From a virus (lineage: Duplodnaviria; Caudoviricetes): DNA of 64,000 bases. Positions 38,397 to 46,755 of this stretch are shown here, in pieces (the first letter of the stretch is position 1; every line of letters begins with the position of its first letter). The notes under the pieces were generated by a model, which had not been told where the DNA came from, searched no databases, and worked only from the letters and a program-made list of their open reading frames with translations. A program made the position numbers and the translations under genes. The stretch spans positions 96,001 through 160,000 of the IMG/VR virus record IMGVR_UViG_2889049205_000001, one strand, 5' to 3'.

Positions 38397-38401
38397 TTTC
38401 A

Positions 38402-38524
38402 ATGAAAAGGTTTGTAGCAAAGCATACTTCTACGCTTGTTGCCGCTGTCGCATTTGCCGTTGTAGCCATGGCATCCCCATGGCTGACTAACAGCCCTGAC
38501 GTTCCTGCAGAGCTGAAAAAGTAG
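38402..38524 (+). CDS. agrD: AgrD-like cyclic lactone autoinducer precursor (absent from the ORF track)
   Basis: MKRFVAKHTSTLVAAVAFAVVAMA-SPWLT-NSPDVPAELKK; GGAGGTG RBS. Confidence 0.85.
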   Translation: MKRFVAKHTSTLVAAVAFAVVAMASPWLTNSPDVPAELKK

Positions 38525-38542
38525 AAACTGGAGAACAAATTT

Positions 38543-38905
38543 ATGGACCTTCCAGCAATCAGCCACGATGGCTCGCCAGTATTGCTTGATGAATCTGATA
38601 TATTCTCTGTGCGTCTACTTGGAAGGCGGATAGTAATGACCACTGTCACTAATGAGGAATATTACTGGCCGCTTTCCATCGATGACGTCTCTATGTTCTT
38701 CGGCCCAGGATTTGAAATATCCGATCGAAAAAACATTTTCAATGCAGAGAAGATCAAAAATTACGATTCCAGTAAGGGGGCCGTATATAGTGACGAGGTA
38801 GTTACCAATAAATCCGCTTCGGTTGCGCTGAACGATACGAAAATGAGAGAAATCAAAAGAAAACTAGGAAAAGAGAAGGATATCGCAAGCGATTGGGAGT
38901 ATTAG
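38543..38905 (+). CDS. Stand-alone LytTR DNA-binding protein
   Basis: LDESDIFSV..GRRIVMTT..Y; FEISDRKNIFNAEKIKNYD; no receiver domain. Confidence 0.7.
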   Translation: MDLPAISHDGSPVLLDESDIFSVRLLGRRIVMTTVTNEEYYWPLSIDDVSMFFGPGFEISDRKNIFNAEKIKNYDSSKGAVYSDEVVTNKSASVALNDTKMREIKRKLGKEKDIASDWEY

Positions 38906-39118
38906 TAGTCAAATAGTCCCAATATAGCCTAATTACATAAACCTTACAGCTTGTCAATAGGAATTTATGTACACAAATAGGCATGGAAGCATTTGACCTC
39001 GGCTGGTATACTTTAGGATATAAGGCAGCGACACAAGATTTGAAATTGCTATGTAGCAATGCCCTGTATCAAATCATTGTGGTTGATGTACTACCTATTT
39101 TTGGAGGCGTACCTACCC

Positions 39119-39403
39119 ATGGCGAGATCTTTCACTGTTTACGGCTTTTTCACTTTCAAAGTAAATCAAACTCCTCACGCTGAGGACATCGCTCTTAACC
39201 TCAATTCCATTTTGTCGCAAATTCCTACCGGGAACACAAAACCTGTCGTGATTCCATGTTATCTGGATAATTCCGATCGTGAGGCGATTGTTGTTGCTGA
39301 TCACGCAATCAGCGAGGATCTCGCAGCCGAGATTGTCGAAAAATCAGGACAAGATTTCACATATACGTCCTTTGTGCATCTCATCCAGAATACGGCTTGC
39401 TAA
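39119..39403 (+). CDS. Hypothetical protein
   Basis: GGAGG RBS. Confidence 0.6.
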   Translation: MARSFTVYGFFTFKVNQTPHAEDIALNLNSILSQIPTGNTKPVVIPCYLDNSDREAIVVADHAISEDLAAEIVEKSGQDFTYTSFVHLIQNTAC

Positions 39404-39465
39404 CCACAATCAAAAGAAAAACTCACATACAGTGGGTTTTATTTTGATTGTGGGGGTACTTTCCG

Positions 39466-39491
39466 GTCGCTATCGCTCTCATTCATTTTAG
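39466..39491 (+). promoter_or_regulatory. Hairpin promoter motif, copy 11 (short-stem class)
   Basis: GTCGC-TATC-GCTCT CATTC. Confidence 0.55.
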
Positions 39492-39508
39492 AATACAGGA
39501 GGTGTCCC

Positions 39509-39973
39509 ATGGGAGACTTTTATTACGCCAAACTATTAATTCCGGATCGCTTCATGAATGACGAGATTCGGGCCCGAATTGCATCGCATTTCAAGATGAA
39601 TCGATTTGAAGAAATCGACGGGAAGATCACGCTGGACAGCGGACTCTGGATGATGGAGGATCCGCTGGCACGGAGCGGTGAGTTTGATCTTGAGCATTAT
39701 TTGGTAGAGCAGGGGGTTCCGTTTGATCGTTGGACGGAGAATACGGGCTCTTCTAGTCCGGCGTACAATCGGGTGTTCCGTCCTGGTCTATTGGATCGAG
39801 AGTTTCCGGAGTCCGATGAAGGCACCGTTGTCCCCGTTACTAAGATTCAAGAGATCTACGATCGTGGAGGAGCCCTTGATATTGTCGAGGGGATTGAAGA
39901 TTTGCTCAAAGAATACAACCCGAAGTATCCTGCAATTGAATCCTATACCGATGGAGGCGAAGCCAATGAGTGA
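39509..39973 (+). CDS. Hypothetical protein
   Basis: AGGAGGTG RBS. Confidence 0.65.
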   Translation: MGDFYYAKLLIPDRFMNDEIRARIASHFKMNRFEEIDGKITLDSGLWMMEDPLARSGEFDLEHYLVEQGVPFDRWTENTGSSSPAYNRVFRPGLLDREFPESDEGTVVPVTKIQEIYDRGGALDIVEGIEDLLKEYNPKYPAIESYTDGGEANE

Positions 39974-40649
39974 TTTGCTGCAAGAAGCACTGCTGTCCGA
40001 AGATGTGTCCATGCTCGACGAAATGATGGAGATGCTGGCCAATGTAAAAGCGGCCGGCGGCCATGTCCCACAAGAAGTGGACGAAATGACGATCCGTCGC
40101 ATGATGATTCGCATGAAGATCAACGAGCGAGAGATCTCGAAAGACAAGAAGATGAAATCCGCTATCGTCGAAACATGGGATGGTCGTATTAAGAAGAAGG
40201 AAGAAGAGGTCAAGACCCTCCGTGCCTTCATTGAACGATGGATTATCGAAACCAACAAAGGCAAGCCGTTGCAGCTTGACGTCGGAACCGCCAGCACACG
40301 CAAGGTTCCGCATGCGTTCGAGATCAAAGACCCAATCTTGTTCCGTGAATGGCTAAAATCGATCGGCAAAGAGGCCACCTTCCTCAAGCCGCAAGAGCTC
40401 GATGTGACAGCTGCGAAGGCGGATATTATCGAGTATGTTGACAAGAATGCCGACGAGATGGCAGAAGCAGAACTGAAGAAATTGCAGGAAGAAAATCCAG
40501 ATAAGAAATTCACAAAAGCGGAGCTGAAGCGCCGAAAAGACGAACTTATCGCCGGTTATATTCCTGCACTCGTTGCAAAAGTCGGCCTTCCAGAAAACGT
40601 TGGTGAATATAAGGCAGAAGGTCAATCAGTTAACCTTCGTTTTGCTTAA
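39966..40649 (+). CDS. Gam-like host-nuclease inhibitor family protein
   Basis: Coiled coil with IVETW, then LQLDVGTASTRK. Confidence 0.5.
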   Translation: MSDLLQEALLSEDVSMLDEMMEMLANVKAAGGHVPQEVDEMTIRRMMIRMKINEREISKDKKMKSAIVETWDGRIKKKEEEVKTLRAFIERWIIETNKGKPLQLDVGTASTRKVPHAFEIKDPILFREWLKSIGKEATFLKPQELDVTAAKADIIEYVDKNADEMAEAELKKLQEENPDKKFTKAELKRRKDELIAGYIPALVAKVGLPENVGEYKAEGQSVNLRFA

Positions 40650-40655
40650 CCTGTG

Positions 40656-40710
40656 CCCCGATCTGATGATAATGCGATGTATTGCATTACATTGATCGGG
40701 GTGTTTTTAT
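40656..40710 (+). terminator. Terminator hairpin enclosing an operator-like palindrome
   Basis: CCCCGATC/GATCGGGG plus T-run; TGTATTGCATTACA inside. Confidence 0.5.
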
Positions 40711-41032
40711 TCCTGGACTTGCGATAGGCTACACGTCGGAGCTGTCATTGTGCGTAGTATAAAACACCAGATCTCCAAAAAGATATAGTGGCTCCTTCGA
40801 GTGTTTCGATCAAGCATTGATGTAGGCTGCAAGGTCGTTAAAATCATTGCAATCGAAGTATTTACGCCGAATGAAGTTCAATACGCCAACGACTAACATA
40901 ATAATCAATATGCCATGGATCTATTTCGCAAGGCTCAAGTCAGCCCAGTTTAAGTCGTGAAAGGATGAGCCTGTTGAATACTTATACAGTCATAGCCATA
41001 TTGATGAATACCCTTATCAATGGTGGCCCGTG

Positions 41033-41276
41033 CATGATTATTTTTTTCCCGTCAATTGGATATATCTGTTTGGCCATTGCCATAATTTTGAGCATCTTCA
41101 TAAAGAGGAAAGCGGAAGCTCTGCAGGACAAGACTGACGAGCTGAAACAACAAATTGTGGAACTCAAAATGGCGCAAGTTGATCTGAATAACGCTCAGAA
41201 TGAGTTTATTAAGCTGTCAGAACAGCTCAACGAGAAGATGCAAGAAAAAACCGGCATCTATCGCCGCATTTCTTAA
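41033..41276 (+). CDS. Small TM plus coiled-coil protein
   Basis: Hydrophobic N-terminus; start uncertain. Confidence 0.5.
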
Positions 41277-41304
41277 TGAAGCGTTAAATATTTCATACTT
41301 TCTA

Positions 41305-41350
41305 TTGTGTTACCGCAGGTTTTGGATTATACTTTGTGTAATGCATTACG
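41305..41350 (+). promoter_or_regulatory. SigmaA-type promoter with operator
   Basis: TTGTGT-17 bp-TATACT then TGTAATGCATTACG. Confidence 0.65.
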
Positions 41351-41368
41351 CAAGTCAGGAGAGATAAT

Positions 41369-42187
41369 ATGAGTGACATTGAAGAATCGATCTCTGAGCG
41401 TCAACATATGCGCTTTATCGGGGTCACAAAGGACGCCACCACTGCCGGGCCAGGGAAACGGCTAGAGCTATTTCTCAAGGGTTGCATCCGTGGGATTGTT
41501 AATCCTTGCGAAGGTTGCTTTAACCCATCGACATGGGAGTTTGGCGGCGATCGCAAGCGCATGCACATCAATGAAGTTGTCGAGATGATCGATCGTGATG
41601 CCTGGAATCGTCAGGTGACGTTCTGCGGCGGTGAGCCATTGCTGCAAACACGCAATCTGATTGAAGTTTGCAGGGAACTCAAGCGCCGTGATCCTCGGAT
41701 ACATATCGTCGTATACACCGCATATCTGTTGGAGAATCTGCTCTCCCAAGGAGTCTTTTATCGACTGCGTGGAGGCGACGAACCTGCTGTTCAAGAGACG
41801 TTATTATCCTACAGCGCCCATTGGAATCCGGAGCTTACGCATTTTCAAATTGCGACTGCGGATCAGATCCGAGAGCTCATGGGAACCATTGATATTTTGG
41901 TTGATGGCGACTACCAATCGAAGCACCGGATTCCAACCGAGAAATACATGAACGAAGGCATGTTCATTGGGTCGAGCAACCAACGGGTGATCGACACTCA
42001 GGAAACGCTTCGCTGGGCGCCGCAATTCGTGTTCGACTATGCGGATGTTTGGATGGAGAAGCACCTTATCAAGAAGCATTGTAAATGCTGCGGCCATCCT
42101 ATCAACAATCGTCAGTTCACGTACTGCGACAGTCGTTGCCGCAAGGCATTTCATAAACGCCAGAAAGACATTGCGGTTTTCCGATAA
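41369..42187 (+). CDS. NrdG-like radical SAM protein
   Basis: GPG.R..LFLKGC-x7-CEGCFNP, GGEPLLQ, DILVDGDY, GSSNQRVID; C-terminal Zn ribbon. Confidence 0.85.
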   Translation: MSDIEESISERQHMRFIGVTKDATTAGPGKRLELFLKGCIRGIVNPCEGCFNPSTWEFGGDRKRMHINEVVEMIDRDAWNRQVTFCGGEPLLQTRNLIEVCRELKRRDPRIHIVVYTAYLLENLLSQGVFYRLRGGDEPAVQETLLSYSAHWNPELTHFQIATADQIRELMGTIDILVDGDYQSKHRIPTEKYMNEGMFIGSSNQRVIDTQETLRWAPQFVFDYADVWMEKHLIKKHCKCCGHPINNRQFTYCDSRCRKAFHKRQKDIAVFR

Positions 42188-43312
42188 ATGATGGCTGATA
42201 TCGATGTCTCTCGATTGTTTCAGTCCTTGGAAGAGGAGCTTGATTCGCTCGTGTCAGTAGATAGGCCTACTACTATTCAAATTCCGCCGGTTTCCCAACA
42301 AAAACGTAATGACCCCATGATAAGGTTCGGAGGCGTCTTAAAGGCGCTGCGCCAAAAGCTCTTTCGGGCCAACATGGAATTTCACTCGGAGGTGTATCAA
42401 CCCATGCCAGTAATGAATCCAAAGACCGGCGAGATGGATCATGTTGATCTGTCGATCGTCAATAAAATCATCGTCGAGCCCGAATATCTGCATGATTTCG
42501 ACATGAACGAGAAGAAGAAGATCGATTTCTCGATCATCGGCGATGAAGAAGCGAATATCGTTACGTTCCAAGCTATGTTCCCGCTTGAGACAAGAAGCAC
42601 TCGGGCGTTCAAGAGCGAGCAATTTGAAACGATCATGTCTCGTGTCGTACATAGCGACACGCAGCTCCGGTTGGAACAAACGGAGGAGTTCAAGAACGCC
42701 ACGGATTCGATGATCGAGAACTATATTTCGAATCAGCGTGGTGACGGAAAGCTGTTTTCTCGCATTGACGAGATCGTGTCGCTGGATAACGGAATTGGTA
42801 TTATTCATGACCTGAAAGCTAACCAGGACGTCGGCACATTCGAGACACTTGTTTTCTGCGTCAAAAAGAATACAAATGAAACGCATTTCGATATCCTCGA
42901 TATCCTATCTGGCGTCCGATCCATGAAGGATCTGCTCGATGATCCAACTCGCTATCGGTTCAGCTATTATGCATTGGACACGCAGACGATTTACGAATTC
43001 ATTGTCTTGGAATCCGGCAGAGGCGTGCTCGCCTTGGATGAAACACTGGAAGGTCATAGCGACCAATCCATTCGAATGAATCATGTTCAAATGGAAATCC
43101 GCAGCCTGGAAACAGAGAAGGACAAAGTCCTTCTGATCGAGAAGGCCAATGAAACCAAGAATACGCTTCGTGGCGTGGCCAGCGATGACTTTTTGCATTC
43201 GCAGTACGTGGAACAGTTTAATTCTGCTCGGTTCGACATCCTTAAAGTCAGCGAACAAAAGGCCAAGAAGGCGCAAATGATGAATAAATATGCCGATCTG
43301 GAGCTGTTCTAG
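42188..43312 (+). CDS. Hypothetical protein
   Basis: 374 aa, coupled to the radical SAM gene. Confidence 0.7.
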   Translation: MMADIDVSRLFQSLEEELDSLVSVDRPTTIQIPPVSQQKRNDPMIRFGGVLKALRQKLFRANMEFHSEVYQPMPVMNPKTGEMDHVDLSIVNKIIVEPEYLHDFDMNEKKKIDFSIIGDEEANIVTFQAMFPLETRSTRAFKSEQFETIMSRVVHSDTQLRLEQTEEFKNATDSMIENYISNQRGDGKLFSRIDEIVSLDNGIGIIHDLKANQDVGTFETLVFCVKKNTNETHFDILDILSGVRSMKDLLDDPTRYRFSYYALDTQTIYEFIVLESGRGVLALDETLEGHSDQSIRMNHVQMEIRSLETEKDKVLLIEKANETKNTLRGVASDDFLHSQYVEQFNSARFDILKVSEQKAKKAQMMNKYADLELF

Positions 43313-43338
43313 GTCGCTGTCGCTCTCATTCCTTGAAA
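43313..43338 (+). promoter_or_regulatory. Hairpin promoter motif, copy 12 (short-stem class)
   Basis: GTCGC-TGTC-GCTCT CATTC. Confidence 0.55.
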
Positions 43339-43377
43339 TAATCTCCAAACCAAAATCGCTTAGGAGGAACACCATAC

Positions 43378-45033
43378 ATGACTACCGCCGCCGCTTCAAT
43401 GCTTGTATCCGGGATGGAAGAGATCCAAATCCTTCTCAATTCCCGCCGCCGTTTGATCCTTGTTCAAACCTACGAGGAGGAAAGATTCACTGAGGACATG
43501 AAGTCCTTGATCGAGGCCCGCAGCTACAAGGGCTTATCCTGGACCGCCAGCTCTGGATTGCGTGACGTTATTACCCGTGAGCCGGCTAAGGAGCAGATGA
43601 CTGATCCAATCAAAATGCTACAGCACATCATGGATACTAAAGATCAAACCGTATTTATTCTGAAGGACTTCCATGATATCTGGGACAACAAGATGGCCAA
43701 GCGTAAGCTGCGTGACGTCATTGAATGGCCAGACAACATGTATAAGCCGATCATCATTGTTGCGCCGCAATGCCAGATCCCGACTGAGCTCGAGAAGCTG
43801 GTGACGTTGGTAAAATATGACCTCCCAGATCGCAGGCGGGTGACAGAGCACCTCGAAAGCCTGGAGGCCTATTTGCAATCGAAAGATCTGGCCTTACCAA
43901 CAGGCCGGGAACGGGAAGCGATTATCAACGCTTTGGTCGGCATGACGGATTCGGAAGTCACGAACGTCTTGAAGAAGTCCGTCGCTAAACACAAAGCGAT
44001 CGTACTGGCTGAAATCGTGGCCGAGAAGGAGCAGGTGATCCGGAAGACCGGACTGCTAGAGTACATCACCAAGCTGGGCGACATGGGTAATGTCGGCGGT
44101 ATGGATGTAGTGAAAAGCTGGCTGACCGATGCCTACTTCGCCTTTGATCCGGAGGCCCGCAACTTCGGCGTCGATCCGGTTCGTGGGGCGGTACTGGCAG
44201 GATGGCCAGGCGCCGGTAAGTCACTGTTCGCTAAAGCCACAGCATTCATGTGGAACCTTCCCCTACTCAAGATGAACATGAGTGACATCATGGATTCTCG
44301 TGTCGGTCAATCCGAAAAGAACATCGCCAGGGCGTTGAAGCTCGCAGAGGCGGTTAGCCCATGTGTGCTATGGATCGATGAGCTGGAGAAAGGTCTTGCT
44401 GGCATCGCATCTTCGGACAAGTCCGATTCCGGCACGTTGTCTCGTGTCGTTCAAGAGCTGCTGACGTGGCTCTCCGAGAAAGAAGCGCCGGTATTCGTTA
44501 TCGCCACGGCGAATGATGTGACGAAGCTTCCTCCGGAGCTCACTCGTGCCGGCCGATTCGATGAGGTATTCTTTGTTTCCTTGCCTCATGACAAAGAGCG
44601 GGAGCAGATCCTTTCGATCCACCTGCAGAAGCGTGGCTACCAGATTGTTGACACGGTTCCGGAAATCGGATCCGGCAAGTTCTCGGTTGTAGAAATTGCT
44701 GAACTGGCCAGTCGGATGAAAGACTTTTCCGGTGCAGAAATCGAGCAAGTGGTTGCCGAGTCTGGCCGCCGTGCGTATGCCTCGTTCAAGAAGAACGAGC
44801 GAACAGTACACCACATTCAACCGGAGGATTTGGTATTCCAGATCGAAACGATCGTTCCGCTGGCTAAGCGTAATCCACAGCTGCTGGCAGATCTGCGGAA
44901 CTGGGCAAAACATTCTGCGAAGTGTGCGTCTTCCGAGGAGCACAACTTCTTGCACAAGGACTATAAAGCAGAGGGGAAATCGAAGCTTCGTGTCATTGGC
45001 GGCGGCTTCGAAGACCTTGATCTTGAAAACTAA
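43378..45033 (+). CDS. Ycf46-like AAA+ ATPase
   Basis: TYEEER, ILKDFH, GWPGAGKS, WIDELEK, ATAN, RAGRFDE, FSGAEIEQ. Confidence 0.9.
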   Translation: MTTAAASMLVSGMEEIQILLNSRRRLILVQTYEEERFTEDMKSLIEARSYKGLSWTASSGLRDVITREPAKEQMTDPIKMLQHIMDTKDQTVFILKDFHDIWDNKMAKRKLRDVIEWPDNMYKPIIIVAPQCQIPTELEKLVTLVKYDLPDRRRVTEHLESLEAYLQSKDLALPTGREREAIINALVGMTDSEVTNVLKKSVAKHKAIVLAEIVAEKEQVIRKTGLLEYITKLGDMGNVGGMDVVKSWLTDAYFAFDPEARNFGVDPVRGAVLAGWPGAGKSLFAKATAFMWNLPLLKMNMSDIMDSRVGQSEKNIARALKLAEAVSPCVLWIDELEKGLAGIASSDKSDSGTLSRVVQELLTWLSEKEAPVFVIATANDVTKLPPELTRAGRFDEVFFVSLPHDKEREQILSIHLQKRGYQIVDTVPEIGSGKFSVVEIAELASRMKDFSGAEIEQVVAESGRRAYASFKKNERTVHHIQPEDLVFQIETIVPLAKRNPQLLADLRNWAKHSAKCASSEEHNFLHKDYKAEGKSKLRVIGGGFEDLDLEN

Positions 45034-45052
45034 TTGCAAGGAGGGGGTGATT

Positions 45053-45433
45053 TTGCTCTATAACCCAACGATGGAAAAAATCAAGGCCATCGATTTTGTG
45101 AATCAGTCCATGGCCTTTGAGCGTGATTTCGATAAAACGGATAAGGTTCGGCGGGCGATACAAATTGCCCTGGATGAGATTCTTGAATTTGAAAATTCTT
45201 ATCGCAATTTTTCGCAGCAGAATCAGCACCTGCAAGTGTTTCAGCACTTACTGAAGCCCATTCTGGATGAGCGTATGGGTCAAATGATCAATCACGCTCG
45301 GCACATGATGGAGAAGACGTACACGACCGATGAGCTCCAGGAGCTTCCGGAGCACGTCTATCAGGATGTGATCGCCGTTCAGAAGCAGCGGGTTGAAGTG
45401 CTTAAAAAGATTGCGAAAAGCTATTTTTCATAA
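45053..45433 (+). CDS. Hypothetical helical protein
   Basis: AGGAGG RBS. Confidence 0.6.
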   Translation: MLYNPTMEKIKAIDFVNQSMAFERDFDKTDKVRRAIQIALDEILEFENSYRNFSQQNQHLQVFQHLLKPILDERMGQMINHARHMMEKTYTTDELQELPEHVYQDVIAVQKQRVEVLKKIAKSYFS

Positions 45434-45437
45434 CAGC

Positions 45438-45580
45438 AACGTGGTGGCGCAAGAGAACGCAACGCTTATGAGCAGGACGGCAATGGGGTGCCTGTCGCTA
45501 AAGGCCGGGCAGTCCGGTAGAAATCCGGGTACGACTTTTTGAGAGTCGGCATGCATGGGAGAGTGGCCCATGCCCACGTT
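45438..45580 (+). ncRNA. Candidate multi-stem structured RNA
   Basis: Closing stem AACGTGG/CCACGTT with about 6 internal hairpins. Confidence 0.4.
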
Positions 45581-45628
45581 ACGATCGGTAGTAAAAATAA
45601 AACATACAGAAGGGTAAAGGTGATTTGA

Positions 45629-46012
45629 ATGTCTCATTTCAAAGCATTCGCATGTAAGGTTGATTCCGTGGAGTTCGTCAAGAAAGCTCTGCAAGAAATG
45701 AATCTCGGCTACAAGGAGAACTGCCAGATCGAGGACTGGGCGCATCAAAAACGCAACGTCGTTCTCGGCGTCGTAAAAGATGGCAAGCTGGTACCGCTCG
45801 GCTTTGCTCAAGAAGAAGGCGAGCTGAAACTGTACGCCGATTGGTTCATGACCGGCTTCTCCGAGAAGCAATTCACGGAAAAAGTGGCGCAGCTGCATGA
45901 CAAGCACAAAGCGATCGACGTTTGCGAACAAAACGGATGGAGCGTGGATATGGATTCCCTGACCACGAATGAAGCCGGCGAGATCGAGTTCCTGGCTACG
46001 AGCTGGGCGTAA
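45629..46012 (+). CDS. DUF1257 (Ycf35-like) protein
   Basis: MSHF...KAL..MNL...GF...LYADW; located near the Ycf46 ATPase. Confidence 0.7.
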   Translation: MSHFKAFACKVDSVEFVKKALQEMNLGYKENCQIEDWAHQKRNVVLGVVKDGKLVPLGFAQEEGELKLYADWFMTGFSEKQFTEKVAQLHDKHKAIDVCEQNGWSVDMDSLTTNEAGEIEFLATSWA

Positions 46013-46302
46013 TGAGCGTTGTAACGCAATACGTTCTGCTCTCCATTTTTTTGGCTCTCCTGGTGGGATATTATCTCCACCAGGCTGACCCAGAGAAAAT
46101 GAAGCGGGCTCGAATGGGCGCAAACATTGCGGCCCTTGGTTTCATGATTAACATCATCTACACAGCATTCATGGGTTGGAATCAGACTGCTCAATCAACC
46201 TTGGAGTGGGCGCTTGATATTTTCACGTCCATTATCTTGTTTGGTGGCATTCTGATCATCATGTCTTGTTCTCGAAAAAAAAGTGTCAAGCGATCTTCTT
46301 AG
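46012..46302 (+). CDS. Small 3-TM membrane protein
   Basis: TAATG coupling; hydrophobic. Confidence 0.6.
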   Translation: MSVVTQYVLLSIFLALLVGYYLHQADPEKMKRARMGANIAALGFMINIIYTAFMGWNQTAQSTLEWALDIFTSIILFGGILIIMSCSRKKSVKRSS

Positions 46303-46484
46303 GCCGCTGCATAAAATTGATGCGTCCTGTTAGGTGACGATGCCAGTGGTCGATCGGGAACCACGGCTGCACTTGAATCCCGTATATTGGGGGCTGCCGC
46401 TACTATGGTGTAGGTCCCCCAATATTTATACATACCGTGCCTGGTATGACCCAAATCCAACATTCCGTCAGGAGGAATTTTACC

Positions 46485-46694
46485 ATGGAACAACAACAAG
46501 TGAAGTTTACGATCGGCAAAGCCGGCGGTATCAAATTCGAAGCAATGAACGTGCAAGGTCAAGCCTGCACTGTCGTCACTCGTGACATCGAGCTGCACCT
46601 TTCCCGCACCAATGCGGTCGTTTCTGAAGGCAAGAAGCCGGAGTTCTATGAGGACGGCCCGAACACTGAAGTGTTCAACAGCCTGAACGACTAA
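46485..46694 (+). CDS. DUF2997 protein
   Basis: VKFTI...G.IKFE..NVQGQAC...T..IE..L...KPEFYE. Confidence 0.75.
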   Translation: MEQQQVKFTIGKAGGIKFEAMNVQGQACTVVTRDIELHLSRTNAVVSEGKKPEFYEDGPNTEVFNSLND

Positions 46695-46755
46695 TTGCGT
46701 AATGAGCGGCGGGCGAAATGCCCGCTTGCTTTTTCAAAGAATGGAGTGATTTGGC

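Noticed and set aside
45438-45582. Canonical tRNA or tmRNA
   Set aside because: No T-loop consensus, anticodon arm or CCA; kept only as an ncRNA candidate.
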